In this document: one piece after another, positions 1 to 10,816 of the stretch
Layout: each line of letters starts with the position of its first letter
How positions within the stretch are numbered: position 1 is the first letter of the stretch
NCBI GenBank assembly: GCA_963830915.1
Contig: CAWHOE010000020.1
Location: 1 to 22,855 of the forward strand
Origin: a candidate division FCPU426 bacterium
Lineage (GTDB): Bacteria > Oederibacteriota > Muellerivitia > Muellerivitales > Muellerivitaceae
DNA: 22,855 nucleotides
Direction of reading: 5' to 3'
The notes under the pieces: model-generated
The model's database searches: none
What the model was told of the DNA's origin: nothing
The model's input: the letters and a program-made list of their open reading frames with translations, nothing else
Position numbers and translations under genes: made by a program

Positions 1-330
1 CATTCCGGGCAGACCGAGTGGCTGATCTCGGTGCCGGTGCGCTCGTTGATGTAGCTTTCGATCTGCTGCCAGTAGTTTTCGTCGTCCCTGACCTTCTTGC
101 AGTAGGAGCACATCGGCATCATTTCCTCGAGGCGGTGCACCTGGGTCGTGTACTTCAGGATCCGCTCTGCGACCCTGAGGCGCGCCCAGAGCCTCGACAT
201 GTCGATCGGCTTGCTGAGGAAGTCGTCCGCGCCCGCCTCTGCGGCCGCCCGGATGTTTTGAACCGAGGCCCCGGCCGCCGTCGAGCAGGACAAAATAGAC
301 GTATTCGACGCGCTCCTGCGCGCGGAAGCC
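1..330 (-). pseudogene. Fragment of a response regulator: receiver C-terminal half plus Cys-rich C-terminal domain; incomplete at both ends
   Basis: My translation of the - strand gives ...RAQERVEYVYFVLL/TAAGASVQNIRAAAEAGADDFLSKPIDMSRLWARLRVAERILKYTTQVHRLEEMMPMCSYCKKVRDDENYWQQIESYINERTGTEISHSVCPE. This includes the receiver motif GADDFLSKP and a CxxCKKxRDD..YW..SH..CP tail. There is one frameshift near 282, and similarity is lost above ~330. Confidence 0.8.
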
Positions 331-459
331 GAAGGTAACGCGGTATATGCCTGAGGAAAGTCTGATCTATACGGCCGCCGACGTCGTTAAGACGCTGCTG
401 AACGAATCGTGAGTGCTGGACAAAACCCTCGACTACCGCTGGTTTCATAAGGAATTCTC

Positions 460-770
460 TTGGCACTCTTAGACGGGAAGACCGCCCTTATCACGGGCGT
501 GGCAAATCGTTGGTCGATTGCGACTGGAATCGCGCGCGCGCTCCACGCGCACGGCGCGCGCCTCGCGTTCGTTTATCAGGGCGAGCGCGTTCGCGACGAA
601 GTCGAAAAGCTCTCCGCCGACTAGGCGGGAGCCCATCCTATCCGTGCGACGTTCGCGACGACGCGGCGCTGGCCGAGCTCGCGCTCGCGCTGCGCCGCGA
701 TTTCGGCCGTCTCGACACGCTCGTCCATTCGATCGCTTACACCAACAAGGAAGATCTGCAGGGCAAAGTT
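460..770 (+). pseudogene. fabI: 5' fragment of enoyl-ACP reductase FabI, with a frameshift near 620 and truncation at ~770
   Basis: TTG at 460 gives MALLDGKTALITGVANRWSIATGIARALHAHGARLAFVYQGERVRDEVEKLSA. It continues in another frame as [50 protein letters not shown]. GVANxxSIAxGIA, CDV and DxLVHSIAY are FabI hallmarks. Confidence 0.88.
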
Positions 771-785
771 AGACTTTGCCCTGCA
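757..785. other. Perfect 13-bp fold-back inverted repeat at the junction between the fabI fragment and the truncated NHL gene (probable chimeric junction)
   Basis: TGCAGGGCAAAGT (757-769), TAG, ACTTTGCCCTGCA (773-785). Both flanking genes break off here. Confidence 0.75.
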
Positions 786-1417
786 TGACCGACCCCAGTG
801 CCTGAAGCTGTCCCTCCATAAGTCGTCCAAACGGAGGACACACCGTTCAAGATCTGAACCCGATTATTATAAGTATCCCCCACACAAATGTACGTGAATC
901 CACTTACAAGCCTGACCGCGATCCCTAGAGGGCCATAAAAGAGTCCCGGGGTAGTTCCGTAACCCCCTATCGAATAGGAATAAGCGAAATAAGGGGTGGA
1001 GGTTGGCGTAAAGGTGATGGTGGGACTATTAGAAGCCGTGTTGGTGGCGGTAGAAGTGGCGGTATCGGTGGGGGTATCGGTAGGGGTGATAGTGAAAGTA
1101 TTCGTTGAGCTGGCCGTTTGGCTGTTCGTGGCCGTATTGGTAGCCGTGGAGGTTGGGCTGGAGGTGAATAGTGGTGTGTTGGAAAAAGTGGGCGTGGCAG
1201 TTTTAGTGGAAGTCAAAGTCGCGGTGGAACTGGGGGTACTGGTGACCTGGTTAGTGGCGGTTGGACTATTGGAAGTTGTGGCGGTAAAAATGGGCGTAAA
1301 GGTATTCGTGGGGTTGGAAGGCGAAGTGGGACTGCCGCTTTTGGAACCGCAAGAGACGAATAACCCGGCGAAAAGAAACAACAACACAGCGCTCACGGCA
1401 TAGTGATACCGCTTCAT
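786..1417 (-). CDS. Lipoprotein with Thr/Ser/Pro-rich linker and NHL repeat; 3' end truncated at the junction
   Basis: Signal peptide with lipobox FVSC, long TxTPT linker, then one NHL unit ([12 protein letters not shown]...[11 protein letters not shown]). The ORF-track tail below ~786 runs into foreign sequence. Confidence 0.8.
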
Positions 1418-1682
1418 GGACTGCCTCCCCTGATAGAAACAAGATCTAATATCGTTAAACCCGCGTGGATTTCCTGAAATTATCAGCTTTGGGATTTATT
1501 AAACAAGGTCATTCCTCTTCAAAGAAAAAATACTAGTTTCCTGTTAGTTACCATAGACTGTTTTTTTGTTGGGTTTTTACCACGACTTAATTTGAGAAGG
1601 CGTGGAGGGACAATTTTGTAGGCTGTTCAGAGGGAAATAGTTCGCGCGAATAGTCAATGACCCAGCGGCATCCGATAAAACG

Positions 1683-2956
1683 TCAACGTATCGGGAAACC
1701 CACTCCCCCATAAGGATTGGTATCCTCGGGCGTTGGGGTCGGAATGGGGGTGTTGGTCGGGGTGGACGTGGGGGCGCCAGGGGTGACCTGGACCTCATCC
1801 TTGATCACTTTCAAGCGCACGATCCGGTCGTTCTGGATGTCGGTCAGGTAAAGCCGGTTCTTGGAATCGCAGGCAATGCCACGGAAATGGGGATGCGAGG
1901 CCGGATTCAGATCTGGCTCATCGTCCTGCCATTGGCCGATGAACTCGAATCGGTGATTGAAGAATTCCACGCGGGCGGACACGCCATCCACCACTGCAAT
2001 CACGCCGCCTTGATTGATGACCACCCCGGCCGGTTCCTTGAATTGACAGGGGCCTTCCCCAAACCAGCCTTCCATCGTGACAGGAGCGGCGGTCAGGGTC
2101 GGGTCCGGGGTAGGTTCCATTGAGACCGAACCAGAATCGGAAGTGACCGGCATCTGCGCGTAGTTCGAGACTGGTTCCCTGTCATTGAAAACCTGGACGC
2201 GAAAATTGCCCGTGTCCGCGATGATGGCCTGGTCGATATTATTCAACGCCATTCCCAGAGGAAGGTTCAGGGCCCCATCCGAGGTACCAAAAGCGCCCCA
2301 GACAAAATTGAATTTCCCCGTGTTGCTGAAATTTTGGACCCTGGAGTTGAGCGAATCCAAGACCCAAATGTTCCCAAAATGGTCCCGGGCCAAAGCCCTC
2401 GGCTGGCTGAACTGCCTTCGCTTGACGCCCTCCTTGCCCCAGGCGGTCGAAACGAGTCCATCATGGTCGAGGACCACGACGCGGTTGTTGTAACCGTCGG
2501 CGACGTAGATCATGCCATCTGGTACCACCAATACCCCTAACGGATGGTCGAATTGGGGCGGATTGCGCCACAAAGCCACCGTCCCGAAGGACCCAAAGGA
2601 GGTCACGGGCTTCCCATCGTCCGTCCATTTCAGTATCCGGTTGTTGAGGGTGTCGGCGATATAGAGGTTGTCATCCGGACCCACGCATATCCCTTCCGGA
2701 TCGTTGAGTTGGTTCAGTTCCGTTCCTTGGATCCCCATTGGGTGTCGTATGTGTAGAACTTCTCCCCAGTCCAGCTGATAGGAGGCGGAGTGGGCGTGAT
2801 GGTGAGGGATGGTGTCTGGGTGCCAGTGGGTAGGGACGCGGGCGTGGGGGTATCGGACAGGGCTTGGGCCCAAGCGGCATGGGGACCCAGGACGTATAGG
2901 ATCAAAAGGCCCAGGAAAACAAGGATTGTTCTTGAATGGTATTTCATGAGATTCAT
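1683..2956 (-). CDS. Secreted NHL-repeat (beta-propeller) protein; one frameshift at ~2727
   Basis: The signal peptide ORF (MNLMKYH...AAWAQ...YDTQWGSK) joins the 1683..2873 frame (GTELNQLNDPEGI...) if one G is added to a G run. It contains multiple NHL units (LYIADTLNNRI, YVADGYNNRV, WVLDSLNSRV, IIADTGNFRV). Confidence 0.85.
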
Positions 2957-3072
2957 GCTAACCACATCATTCGACCCCGTCAACCACAGGGGTAAACTTA
3001 AAGATCGATAATAGGTTTAAAGGACAAATTAGCGGTCCTTCCCAAGAGTGAAAAAGCTTTCTTCAGATGCTA

Positions 3073-4124
3073 TCAATTAAAGACGTAACGTAATTCCGCG
3101 CCGACCAGGTCGTTATACCGGTCAACGATCGTATTATCCAATTGGGGTTTGCTCAGGTAGGTATTCCCGCTCTGGCCGTAGAAGTCATGGGAATAAAGCA
3201 GCGAGGCGGCCAACTTGCCTGGGGTCACCTGGTAATTCAGCGCCAGGATCAGGTAGGTGATATCGCTGGGCTGGTTGGTGAAGTCGATGACCTTGTCGGC
3301 GGCGTTCACATAGGAGGCGCTGACGTTCTGGTTGAAGGTCATCGAGACCCCCGCGTTGAGGGATAACCCCTCCGCGAAACGGGTCTGGGTGGTGGCATCC
3401 AAGGAATAGACCCAACTGGGTTGATAGCTGGTGGTGATGCCGTTGTTCTGGTTCAACACATCCTTTTCGTCCAGATAGGTGCCGTCGCCCACCAGGTAGA
3501 GGGTGAAATCCTTGCCCTTATAGCTGAGGGCCGTGCCGAAAGCCGCCGTGGATCCACCCGGGCCACCGACCCGCTCAAGTCGGCGGAGGCCGACTCGGCG
3601 TTGATAAGGTCCGGAGTATAGGATGCTTTCAGGTCCCAGTTGAAGGGCGCGCCCTTCTCATCCAGCACCCGACAGACCAGGGCGATGGTCGGATCGCTCA
3701 TGCCATAGGAGGAGGTCAGGGTGCTGACCCCGGATGGATCCTGGGAATCGGTCCCATTGAGCTGATAAAAACCGCTGGCTCGTAGGGTGAGATCGTCGGT
3801 GAGGCCAAAGTCCAGTACCTGGGTGAGGGTGGTGGTTTTGACACTGGTAGAGGCGGTCATTTTGCCCTGGTAATTGTCCGTGTTGGAGTTGACTTGGTTA
3901 TAGCTGAATTCGGTGCTTCCGAAAAACTGGCCACCCTGGGGAAGATAGGTGGGATCGGACAATACCCTGGAGGCGTCAGGCGACAGGTCGAAGGCCCAGG
4001 CCCTGAACGGAAGGATCGACAGAAGCAAACCAAGCGCCAAAAGCCCGAGGCTTGTTTTCAGGTTAGGTTGAAAGCGCATGATGTTCTTCCCTTCTTTGTC
4101 CAGATCTTCCGACCGGTCCGTCAC
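3073..4124 (-). CDS. Putative secreted/outer-membrane beta-barrel protein; one frameshift at ~3558 (start may be ATG at 4079)
   Basis: Signal peptide ending RAWA. ORFs 3453..4124 and 3073..3492 fuse through ...SVARGGSTAAFGTALSYKGKDFTLYLVGDGTY if one G is added. Amphipathic strands and C-terminal ELRYVFN. Confidence 0.7.
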
Positions 4125-5104
4125 AAATTATAGGTAAGGCCCAGCGAATAGGCCGTGAAACCCTCGGTGGTGGCGGTCGCGTTCTTGACCGTTTGTTTAA
4201 GGATGGGGCTATAAACCACCCCAGCGGGGAAATCTTCCTGTCCCACCTGCGCCGAAAGGGTCAAGGTGAGGCTGGGGATGAACGTGAGGTTGGTGGCGAA
4301 GGTGACCGAGGGTATCTGCAAGGTCTGCTTCAAGAGATGAACGGCGGTATGAAGGATATTCTGCCACTGGTACGTGCGGGAATAGTCTTTCTCGCCGGTC
4401 ACGCTGAGATCCAGGACATCCCAGGGTGTGAAGGTCAGGACTGCCCCACCCGTCAGGTCCAGGCTGTCGATCTCGTCGATCTGGTCCGAAGAGGTCCCCA
4501 AGACCTGGTTTAAGGGGGCTTGATGGCTTTGGGGGCTGGCCTCGGCGATCAACCCGAGCGAAAGGGGTTTGACCATCTGAAAGGTCAGGGTCAGGTTGCC
4601 GTCCAGGCTATTGAGGGCCTGGGCTCCTTGCTCGAAGGCCACGGTCAGGGCAGGCTGGAAGAAACCGAACCCCAACCCCCCGCCCGCTGAAAAGGTACCG
4701 TAACTGGTGGAGGTGCCTTCCAAAATCTGCTGTCCCCCGCCCGCCACGAACATCATGTAATGGCCGCTTTCGGTGAAATTGTAGGTCGCGGTGGCCGTGA
4801 CCTCATTGGCGATCTGTCCCGAGCCTTGCTGGACCGGCTGAAGGGAGAAGGTATAGCCCACCTCTCCCGACCAATTGGGCTCGAAGCCCTCATCCTCATC
4901 GTCCGCCGACTGGTCATCCTCATCGGCCTCTTGCGAAACGGAGCCGGATGCTGGCGCGGAAACCGCTTTCGGCTTATCGGTTACGGCCGAAGTGGTTTGG
5001 GCGTTCGCGGCCGCGCAGACGCCCAGGACCGCCATCAGGACCGCGAAAAAGATGTTTCGGTCATTCAACGACAGGATGGTTTCTTTCGATCGATTTTGTT
5101 TCAT
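4121..5104 (-). CDS. Hypothetical secreted protein, probable outer-membrane beta-barrel
   Basis: Signal peptide (AAANA), acidic linker, alternating strand pattern and C-terminal LGLTYNL. 4-bp start/stop overlaps with both neighbours. Confidence 0.72.
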   Translation of the reverse strand: MKQNRSKETILSLNDRNIFFAVLMAVLGVCAAANAQTTSAVTDKPKAVSAPASGSVSQEADEDDQSADDEDEGFEPNWSGEVGYTFSLQPVQQGSGQIANEVTATATYNFTESGHYMMFVAGGGQQILEGTSTSYGTFSAGGGLGFGFFQPALTVAFEQGAQALNSLDGNLTLTFQMVKPLSLGLIAEASPQSHQAPLNQVLGTSSDQIDEIDSLDLTGGAVLTFTPWDVLDLSVTGEKDYSRTYQWQNILHTAVHLLKQTLQIPSVTFATNLTFIPSLTLTLSAQVGQEDFPAGVVYSPILKQTVKNATATTEGFTAYSLGLTYNL

Positions 5105-6564
5105 AGGAAAAAGGTCCCTTGCAGTTCGGCCTCGGTCTGGAGGCTATTACTGCCTGAGTTATTGACGTTCACCCCTTCGCCCAGGACACCCTTGGCGTCC
5201 AGCCGGAGGTTCTTATCCTCATACCCCAACCCCGAGGTCAGGTCCAGATAAAGGGTGTTCAGGTCTTTGCTGACGGTGTAAATGTCATCTTCCATCACCA
5301 GCCCGCCCCTCAGGGCCCAGTTGGAACCAACCTTCTTTTCGCCCCCTAGCGCCAGGTGGTAATAGTTGTAATCGGTGGCCGTGGTGGAATTGTCGGCGAC
5401 CAATTGCACCTCGCTGATGTAGCTTTGGCCGATGAATTGAAGGCCCAGATTGTAATCCCCCGGCGATTCCAAGCCGATGCCGAAGGTGCCATTGACCTGC
5501 TGGCGGTTCTGGTTGTTGTAGACATTGGCGTTCTTTCCGATCAGGTCGATGTTGTAGAGATAGGCCGTGAGGGAGCCGCCCAGCTTGAGGTTGGTCTTGT
5601 CCGACAGGGGCAGGGTCAGGCGGAAGAGGCCCAGGTTGGTCATGTTCTGGTACTGGGATGAAACATAGGGGCCCAAGTCGGGGAATTCGGTGACCGCCTG
5701 GGACGCGGTCTGGAGGAAGTGGGTGTAATCATTGGTGACGAAAGAGGAAAAGCGAACGAGAAGCCGACCCGGAATTTCGTACCGGACCTCGGGACCGAAA
5801 TAATAATAGTCGGTGGTGGAGGTCTGCTGTTGGAGGTTGAAGGCCGGGCTGTTGTAGTAAAAACGCTGGGTGTTGAGGTTGAGGACGTCATAACCCAGCT
5901 GGGTCTCGAAAACCCCGCCGATCTGCCAGTTGGGGCTGTCCTTGTCCTGTCCGTCTGGGAAGGTGGTGATGATCCCGCCCCGGACATGGCATTTGTTGTC
6001 CTGGCTGGACCCGGAAGCCAGACCCACAGTCGTGCTGAACAAACCCGGATCGTAGCTGTTGTCTATTTCGTTGTCGCTCACTTCCAGACCTAAGGCGACG
6101 GGGCCGGCGTCGTAAGCGGCGCGGACCAGGGAACGGAATTGCTGGGTGCTGTAAGTGTCGTAGTAATAAACGTTCTGACCCTGGGGATAGAGGAAATCGC
6201 CAGCCAGTTGGACGGCCCAGTGGGGATCGGGAAAGAGCATCAGGCCCTCGTACTTGATGACCGAGTCGTTCGTTAGCCGGGGGATGGTGCTGAAGGTCTG
6301 CTGATAGGAACCGGCCGTGACGGGCAGGGAGCTGGAATAGGTCCATTGGCCCGCCAGGTCCAGGCGGTCGTGGGTCTTGAGGAGGATCAAACCGGCGGGA
6401 TTTCCGTCCAGGAACATGTCTCCGTTGTTGGTCTCATCGTCCATCACGGAAGTGATGCCCCCCGCCGAATCCACACGGGTTTCGGAGGCGAAAAGGGACA
6501 GGGGCAGAAAGAGGAAGCTAAAGAGGGCCAGAAGGCCGAGGCATGAACCTATTTTTTTATTCAT
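5101..6564 (-). CDS. Hypothetical outer-membrane protein (predicted beta-barrel)
   Basis: 487-aa ORF with signal peptide (SLFA), an N-terminal NPAG motif reminiscent of FadL/PorV-like barrels, many amphipathic strands and C-terminal LQGTFFL. Confidence 0.72.
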   Translation of the reverse strand: MNKKIGSCLGLLALFSFLFLPLSLFASETRVDSAGGITSVMDDETNNGDMFLDGNPAGLILLKTHDRLDLAGQWTYSSSLPVTAGSYQQTFSTIPRLTNDSVIKYEGLMLFPDPHWAVQLAGDFLYPQGQNVYYYDTYSTQQFRSLVRAAYDAGPVALGLEVSDNEIDNSYDPGLFSTTVGLASGSSQDNKCHVRGGIITTFPDGQDKDSPNWQIGGVFETQLGYDVLNLNTQRFYYNSPAFNLQQQTSTTDYYYFGPEVRYEIPGRLLVRFSSFVTNDYTHFLQTASQAVTEFPDLGPYVSSQYQNMTNLGLFRLTLPLSDKTNLKLGGSLTAYLYNIDLIGKNANVYNNQNRQQVNGTFGIGLESPGDYNLGLQFIGQSYISEVQLVADNSTTATDYNYYHLALGGEKKVGSNWALRGGLVMEDDIYTVSKDLNTLYLDLTSGLGYEDKNLRLDAKGVLGEGVNVNNSGSNSLQTEAELQGTFFL

Positions 6565-6907
6565 CGTTATATATTTCCGCCATAGGGACTTAGGGTAAGC
6601 CGGTGAATCCGGGTTTCAGGGAGCCTATTGTCCATAAAAACATGGCGGAAATCGAGAGTTCCTTCCAATTGTCGCCCCGTGACCGTTGATCATCCTTCCC
6701 CTTTCTTCCGAAGACCATTTTTACAGAAGGAATCCATGTTTTTCCCCATCTCCATGGAATAAAGCCCTATTTTCAACGTCTTATATATGAAGACCCCGAG
6801 CAAAGGGTAAGACGGGGCGATCGGTTAGCGGTACAATTGACTGGATGTTATCCAGTTGGGAACCCGAACCGGGGCGTTCAAGAATAATATTCTCAGAGGT
6901 GGCAACT

Positions 6908-7828
6908 ATGAAGAAAAGTCTGGAAAGCTTAAAAGGATTTTCGCTTTTACTGCTCATCGTTCTGGTCGCTCCATTCCATTGGGCCTGCACATCAACGACC
7001 TCTCTCCCTACATCAACCACCACGAACAATACGCCCGGCAACATACCCATCACCACTTTGTTCAGTCCATTGACCGGCGCGACGGCCGGCTACACGGGCG
7101 GTAGCGCTTCTGGTTTTGGCGGCATCTCGGCCGCTTTTCAGTCCGCGCTTAACTCCTCCTCTTTCTCGTCCGCCTATCCCACGGCCTCCGCTTATTCCAC
7201 TTCCTGGATGATCGGCATGGTCGAGCAGATCGGGATCAACGAGGTCTTGGGTGGAACACCCATCTCCGAGAGCATGGGTTACGCCTGCGTGGCCCTGGCG
7301 GTCAGCGGAGCGGCCGTGACCGACGCCACCGTCTCTATCGCCAACAGCGGTGTGACCGTCCCCATGAGCTATTGGATGTCGACTTCCGCGTCGGGTCTTA
7401 ATTACGCCCTCTATGGGACCGGCACAGCCTCCACCGCCATGTCACCCATCACCATCATCGGCAATACGGCCACCGCGATCCTGGCGAGCACATCGGCCGG
7501 CACTGCCGTTTGTTCCATGACCGAACCCGGACCGGTCGTTATGACCCCCAGTGGGGCCATCGTCACCGCTTCCGCCGCCAATCCCGGCAAATACGATGCC
7601 GGACTGGTGTTCGGAATCAGCGGGACAAGCTATTCCCTGGGTTATCTGTCGACCTCCAGTATCGGAAGTCCCTTCACCTTCCCTTCCTCGGCTTATTCGC
7701 TTTCTTCCCCCGCGACCTTCATGACCGGCTATATCGCCGCCGATTGGTCGACTTCCGTGAGCGGCACGGCGGGCCTGAAGGGTGGGATGATAGGTGTGGA
7801 TTACGGCTTGACCCAAACCACCAAATAA
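6908..7828 (+). CDS. Ser/Thr/Gly-rich hypothetical lipoprotein
   Basis: ATG at 6908 preceded by AGAGGTGG. MKK + hydrophobic core + WAC lipobox-like site. Followed by a terminator. Confidence 0.72.
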   Translation: MKKSLESLKGFSLLLLIVLVAPFHWACTSTTSLPTSTTTNNTPGNIPITTLFSPLTGATAGYTGGSASGFGGISAAFQSALNSSSFSSAYPTASAYSTSWMIGMVEQIGINEVLGGTPISESMGYACVALAVSGAAVTDATVSIANSGVTVPMSYWMSTSASGLNYALYGTGTASTAMSPITIIGNTATAILASTSAGTAVCSMTEPGPVVMTPSGAIVTASAANPGKYDAGLVFGISGTSYSLGYLSTSSIGSPFTFPSSAYSLSSPATFMTGYIAADWSTSVSGTAGLKGGMIGVDYGLTQTTK

Positions 7829-7845
7829 GACCTGTTCGTAAAAAC

Positions 7846-7882
7846 AAAAAGCCCTTCCCCCGTCAGGGAGAAGGGCTTTTTT
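7846..7882. terminator. Bidirectional intrinsic terminator between convergent genes
   Basis: AAAAAGCCCTTCCCC-CGTCA-GGGAGAAGGGCTTTTTT: GC stem with A tract before and T tract after. Confidence 0.85.
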
Positions 7883-7925
7883 ATTCGTTATGACTTCTAG
7901 GCTGCGGACCCCATCCTGACCAGGA

Positions 7926-8897
7926 TCAATGGAAAGCCACAATTTGTTGATGCCCGCCATCCGTGACCCAGTAATGTCCAGAACCGTCCGTAGTAATCCC
8001 ATTCGGATTTTTCAAAAGGGAAACGCCCGCCTGGCCCACAATGTCGCCGGACGGATCGAATTTCACGATCATTCCACCGTCAAAACAAACAGCGTAAGTA
8101 TTACCGGACCCATCGAAGGTCATGTCGACGGGGTCAAAGGTGATACTGCTGGGAGCGGAAAACGATTTGATGTAATTACCGGACGGACTGAATTCCGCCA
8201 AACGGTCATTACTTCGGTCGGCGACCCAAAGGTTCCCGCTGGGATCAAACTTCAAATTAAAAGCTCCACTAAGTTTGCCCGTTCCACTGGTGCCAAAGGT
8301 CGTTTGGTAGTTGTAGGTTGGCGGAACGGCGGCATTGTTAATGGAATAGACCAAGATAGGCGAAGTGGAGGCTCCAATGCAGATAACATAAACAGTCGTA
8401 CCGGCGCTATTCACCGCCGCGCCGATAGGCGGAGTGAATGGAGATGTCATCTCGCCGTTCCCGAAATAGGTTAGATAACCGCCCGCCGCGTTATAGACCG
8501 CGACCTGTTGATGACTATAGTCCGGCCCATAAAGATTGTTGTTGGTCGGGTCAAAACCCAGGTAATAGACCCCGGACTCATAGGCGATCGATGTGTCATA
8601 ATTGGTGATAGGTGTGATCAGACTGCTGCCCACCGTGGTCCATTCCTGGATACTATTAGAAGAATCACCGACCCAAAGCTTCCCGTTGATCCAATCGATA
8701 CCCATGGGATTTGAGAAAGAAACGTTATTTCCAATGGTGGCGTAGGCGGAAAGGACGATGGTGTTGAAGTTGGGGATGGGGGTGGGGGTGCTCGTGGCGG
8801 GACTGGTGGGTGTCGATTTACTGCTTCCGCACCCGGTCCCCATCACCGCCAAGCCGATAGAACAGATCAAGATCAAGACTGGAACCCTAAGCTTCAT
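7926..8897 (-). CDS. NHL-repeat lipoprotein
   Basis: Lipobox GTGC, PTSP/TPTP linker and NHL units (FSNPMGI, LWVADRSNDRL, LKNPNGITTD...WVTDGG). Confidence 0.85.
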   Translation of the reverse strand: MKLRVPVLILICSIGLAVMGTGCGSSKSTPTSPATSTPTPIPNFNTIVLSAYATIGNNVSFSNPMGIDWINGKLWVGDSSNSIQEWTTVGSSLITPITNYDTSIAYESGVYYLGFDPTNNNLYGPDYSHQQVAVYNAAGGYLTYFGNGEMTSPFTPPIGAAVNSAGTTVYVICIGASTSPILVYSINNAAVPPTYNYQTTFGTSGTGKLSGAFNLKFDPSGNLWVADRSNDRLAEFSPSGNYIKSFSAPSSITFDPVDMTFDGSGNTYAVCFDGGMIVKFDPSGDIVGQAGVSLLKNPNGITTDGSGHYWVTDGGHQQIVAFH

Positions 8898-8989
8898 TGT
8901 CGTCTCCTTTGAATATTTTGTATTGAATAACGCTCCCCATTATTCCCAAACCTCGTCAACTAACAGACGGGGGATAGCTTTCCTCCCCG

Positions 8990-10181
8990 TCAAAATCCCA
9001 GCTTCCGTCCCATATCCCCGACCGCGTTCCCGACCGCGTCCTTACCCTTCTGCTGGACCGTATCGGCAAGGCCGCCGTTATGGGAGGCGTTCTCCCCGGC
9101 GGAGTTCGTTTCCCCTTGCGAATCCTGGCTGTAGTTGGCCCCGGAGTTGGAAAGGGTCCCGGTCAGGGGTGTTTCCTTGCGTTCCAGGACCTTGTTGTTC
9201 CCATCCAGCGTCAGGTCCACCCGGTAGCGGGTGAAGCGCTCGACCCGGTTGTTGCCTGTATCCAGCACGAAAACCTGGCCCTTGCTGTTGACGCCCAGGG
9301 CGGAAGGATTGCGCATTTCGCCCAGGCCGATGCCCTTATGGCCGAACTTGGTCCAGAGCCTGCCGTCGCCGTTGAACACCTGCACCCGGTCCGCCTGGCT
9401 ATCCAGCACGAAAAGATGGTCCTCGGCGTCCACCGCGGCGCAGGCCGGGGTTTCGAACTGCCCGTCTTTCGAGCCGTACTTACCGCTCCAGGTGGCCACG
9501 AAATCCCCACTGGGGGAATATTTCTGCACGCCGTAATCGGTCATGTCGCCACCCGGGATCCAGTTGGCCACATAGATATTGCCCTTTCCATCCACCGCGA
9601 TGGCGTTGGTCCTGGCAGCCTTGCTGGGATATTCGGCCAATTCCTTGCCGGCCCGGTTTCGCTTGTAGATGTTTCCCCCGCCCCCGTCGGCGCTGTAGGC
9701 GTCGTAGAGGTAGCCGTCACGGCTGAGGAAAAAGCCGGCCATCCAATTACCGCCCGTGCTGTTATTGAAGATGACCTTCTTATCCGTGTTGAACCCCACC
9801 ATCTGCAGGCTTCCGCTGAAATAGAAGTTTCCGTCCTTGTCCACCTGAATGCCCTTGACGCCCCCCAGGTCGAACTCACTGGAGATGTCGTTGATCTTCT
9901 CGAAACCCTCGTAGGAGGCCATGAACTTGCCTTCCCCGTCGAATTTCTCGACCCGCTTATTGCCGTTATCGTTGACGAAGAACATGGTCGGAAGGGTCCA
10001 CGCAGAGCCCCACGGGCGCCTTGAACTTTCCCTGTGCCGTTCCGGCCCCGCCCCATTTCAGGTCGGCTTTGTACTCGATGAAGCTTTTGTGGATGATCGT
10101 GGGAACCGGAGTGGCGTCCTGGGCCTGGGCCCGCGCCCCCGCGATGACCAAGAGCGACAGAAACACGAGAGTTTTTTTCAT
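8990..10181 (-). CDS. Secreted NHL-repeat protein; one frameshift at ~9981
   Basis: MKKTLVFLSLLVIAGARAQA...GKFKAPVGLCVDPSDH joins VFVNDNGNKRVEKF when one extra T is removed. Further NHL units (GQFETPACAAVD, VFVLDTGNNRVERF). Confidence 0.85.
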
Positions 10182-10387
10182 TTCGATTCCTTTCCGAATG
10201 ATGGACGGCTGGGTCCAATTTTATCGGCGAGGGATTCGAAGGGTGGTTTTCTTGGGCATTGGGCGAAAAATTAACAACAATTTTTTAAACAAATGGTTTC
10301 ACGTAAATAAAGATGGTTCTTCGATGGAAAAAAGGTTGGGGAATCTGTCCAGGGCACCGTTTTACTACTGGGAACAACCAGCTTGTT

Positions 10388-10777
10388 TCAAAAATAGGGC
10401 GGCCAGGTGAACCCATCCGCACTGCCATCGTCGCTCCAGACACAGTCGAATTTGTCCTCCACCCAGGCGGTCTTCGGACTGGACCAATGGAAGGTGTGGA
10501 AGGATCCGGACCGGGTGATCTGGTTCGTTCGCGCGTTCTTGCTGTCGTCCACCACGAAGATCTTCACCTCACGATCGGTGTACTCGAAGACCTTGATGTA
10601 TTCCACCTGGTCTGTCATCTGGAAATGGGCTTGGGCGAATCGATGGGCGTAAGTCTGGGTCAGGACCTCGACATAGAAGTAGGAAATCACGGTTACCAGT
10701 ACGGTCATGAAACAAATGATGGATAAGGACAGGAACAACAGCGATCTGGCCCTTTTACCCCATTCGAGTTTCATCAA
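10388..10777 (-). CDS. Hypothetical protein with N-terminal membrane anchor
   Basis: 129-aa ORF with one hydrophobic segment, a GGGGAGG RBS-like sequence upstream and host-like codon bias. Confidence 0.65.
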   Translation of the reverse strand: MMKLEWGKRARSLLFLSLSIICFMTVLVTVISYFYVEVLTQTYAHRFAQAHFQMTDQVEYIKVFEYTDREVKIFVVDDSKNARTNQITRSGSFHTFHWSSPKTAWVEDKFDCVWSDDGSADGFTWPPYF

Positions 10778-10816
10778 GTGCGCCGCCTCCCCAAAGTGGT
10801 GACTTTTCCCCTCTGA

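Noticed and set aside
996..1403. Val-rich + strand ORF
   Set aside because: Antisense of the Thr-rich linker of the 786-1417 lipoprotein.
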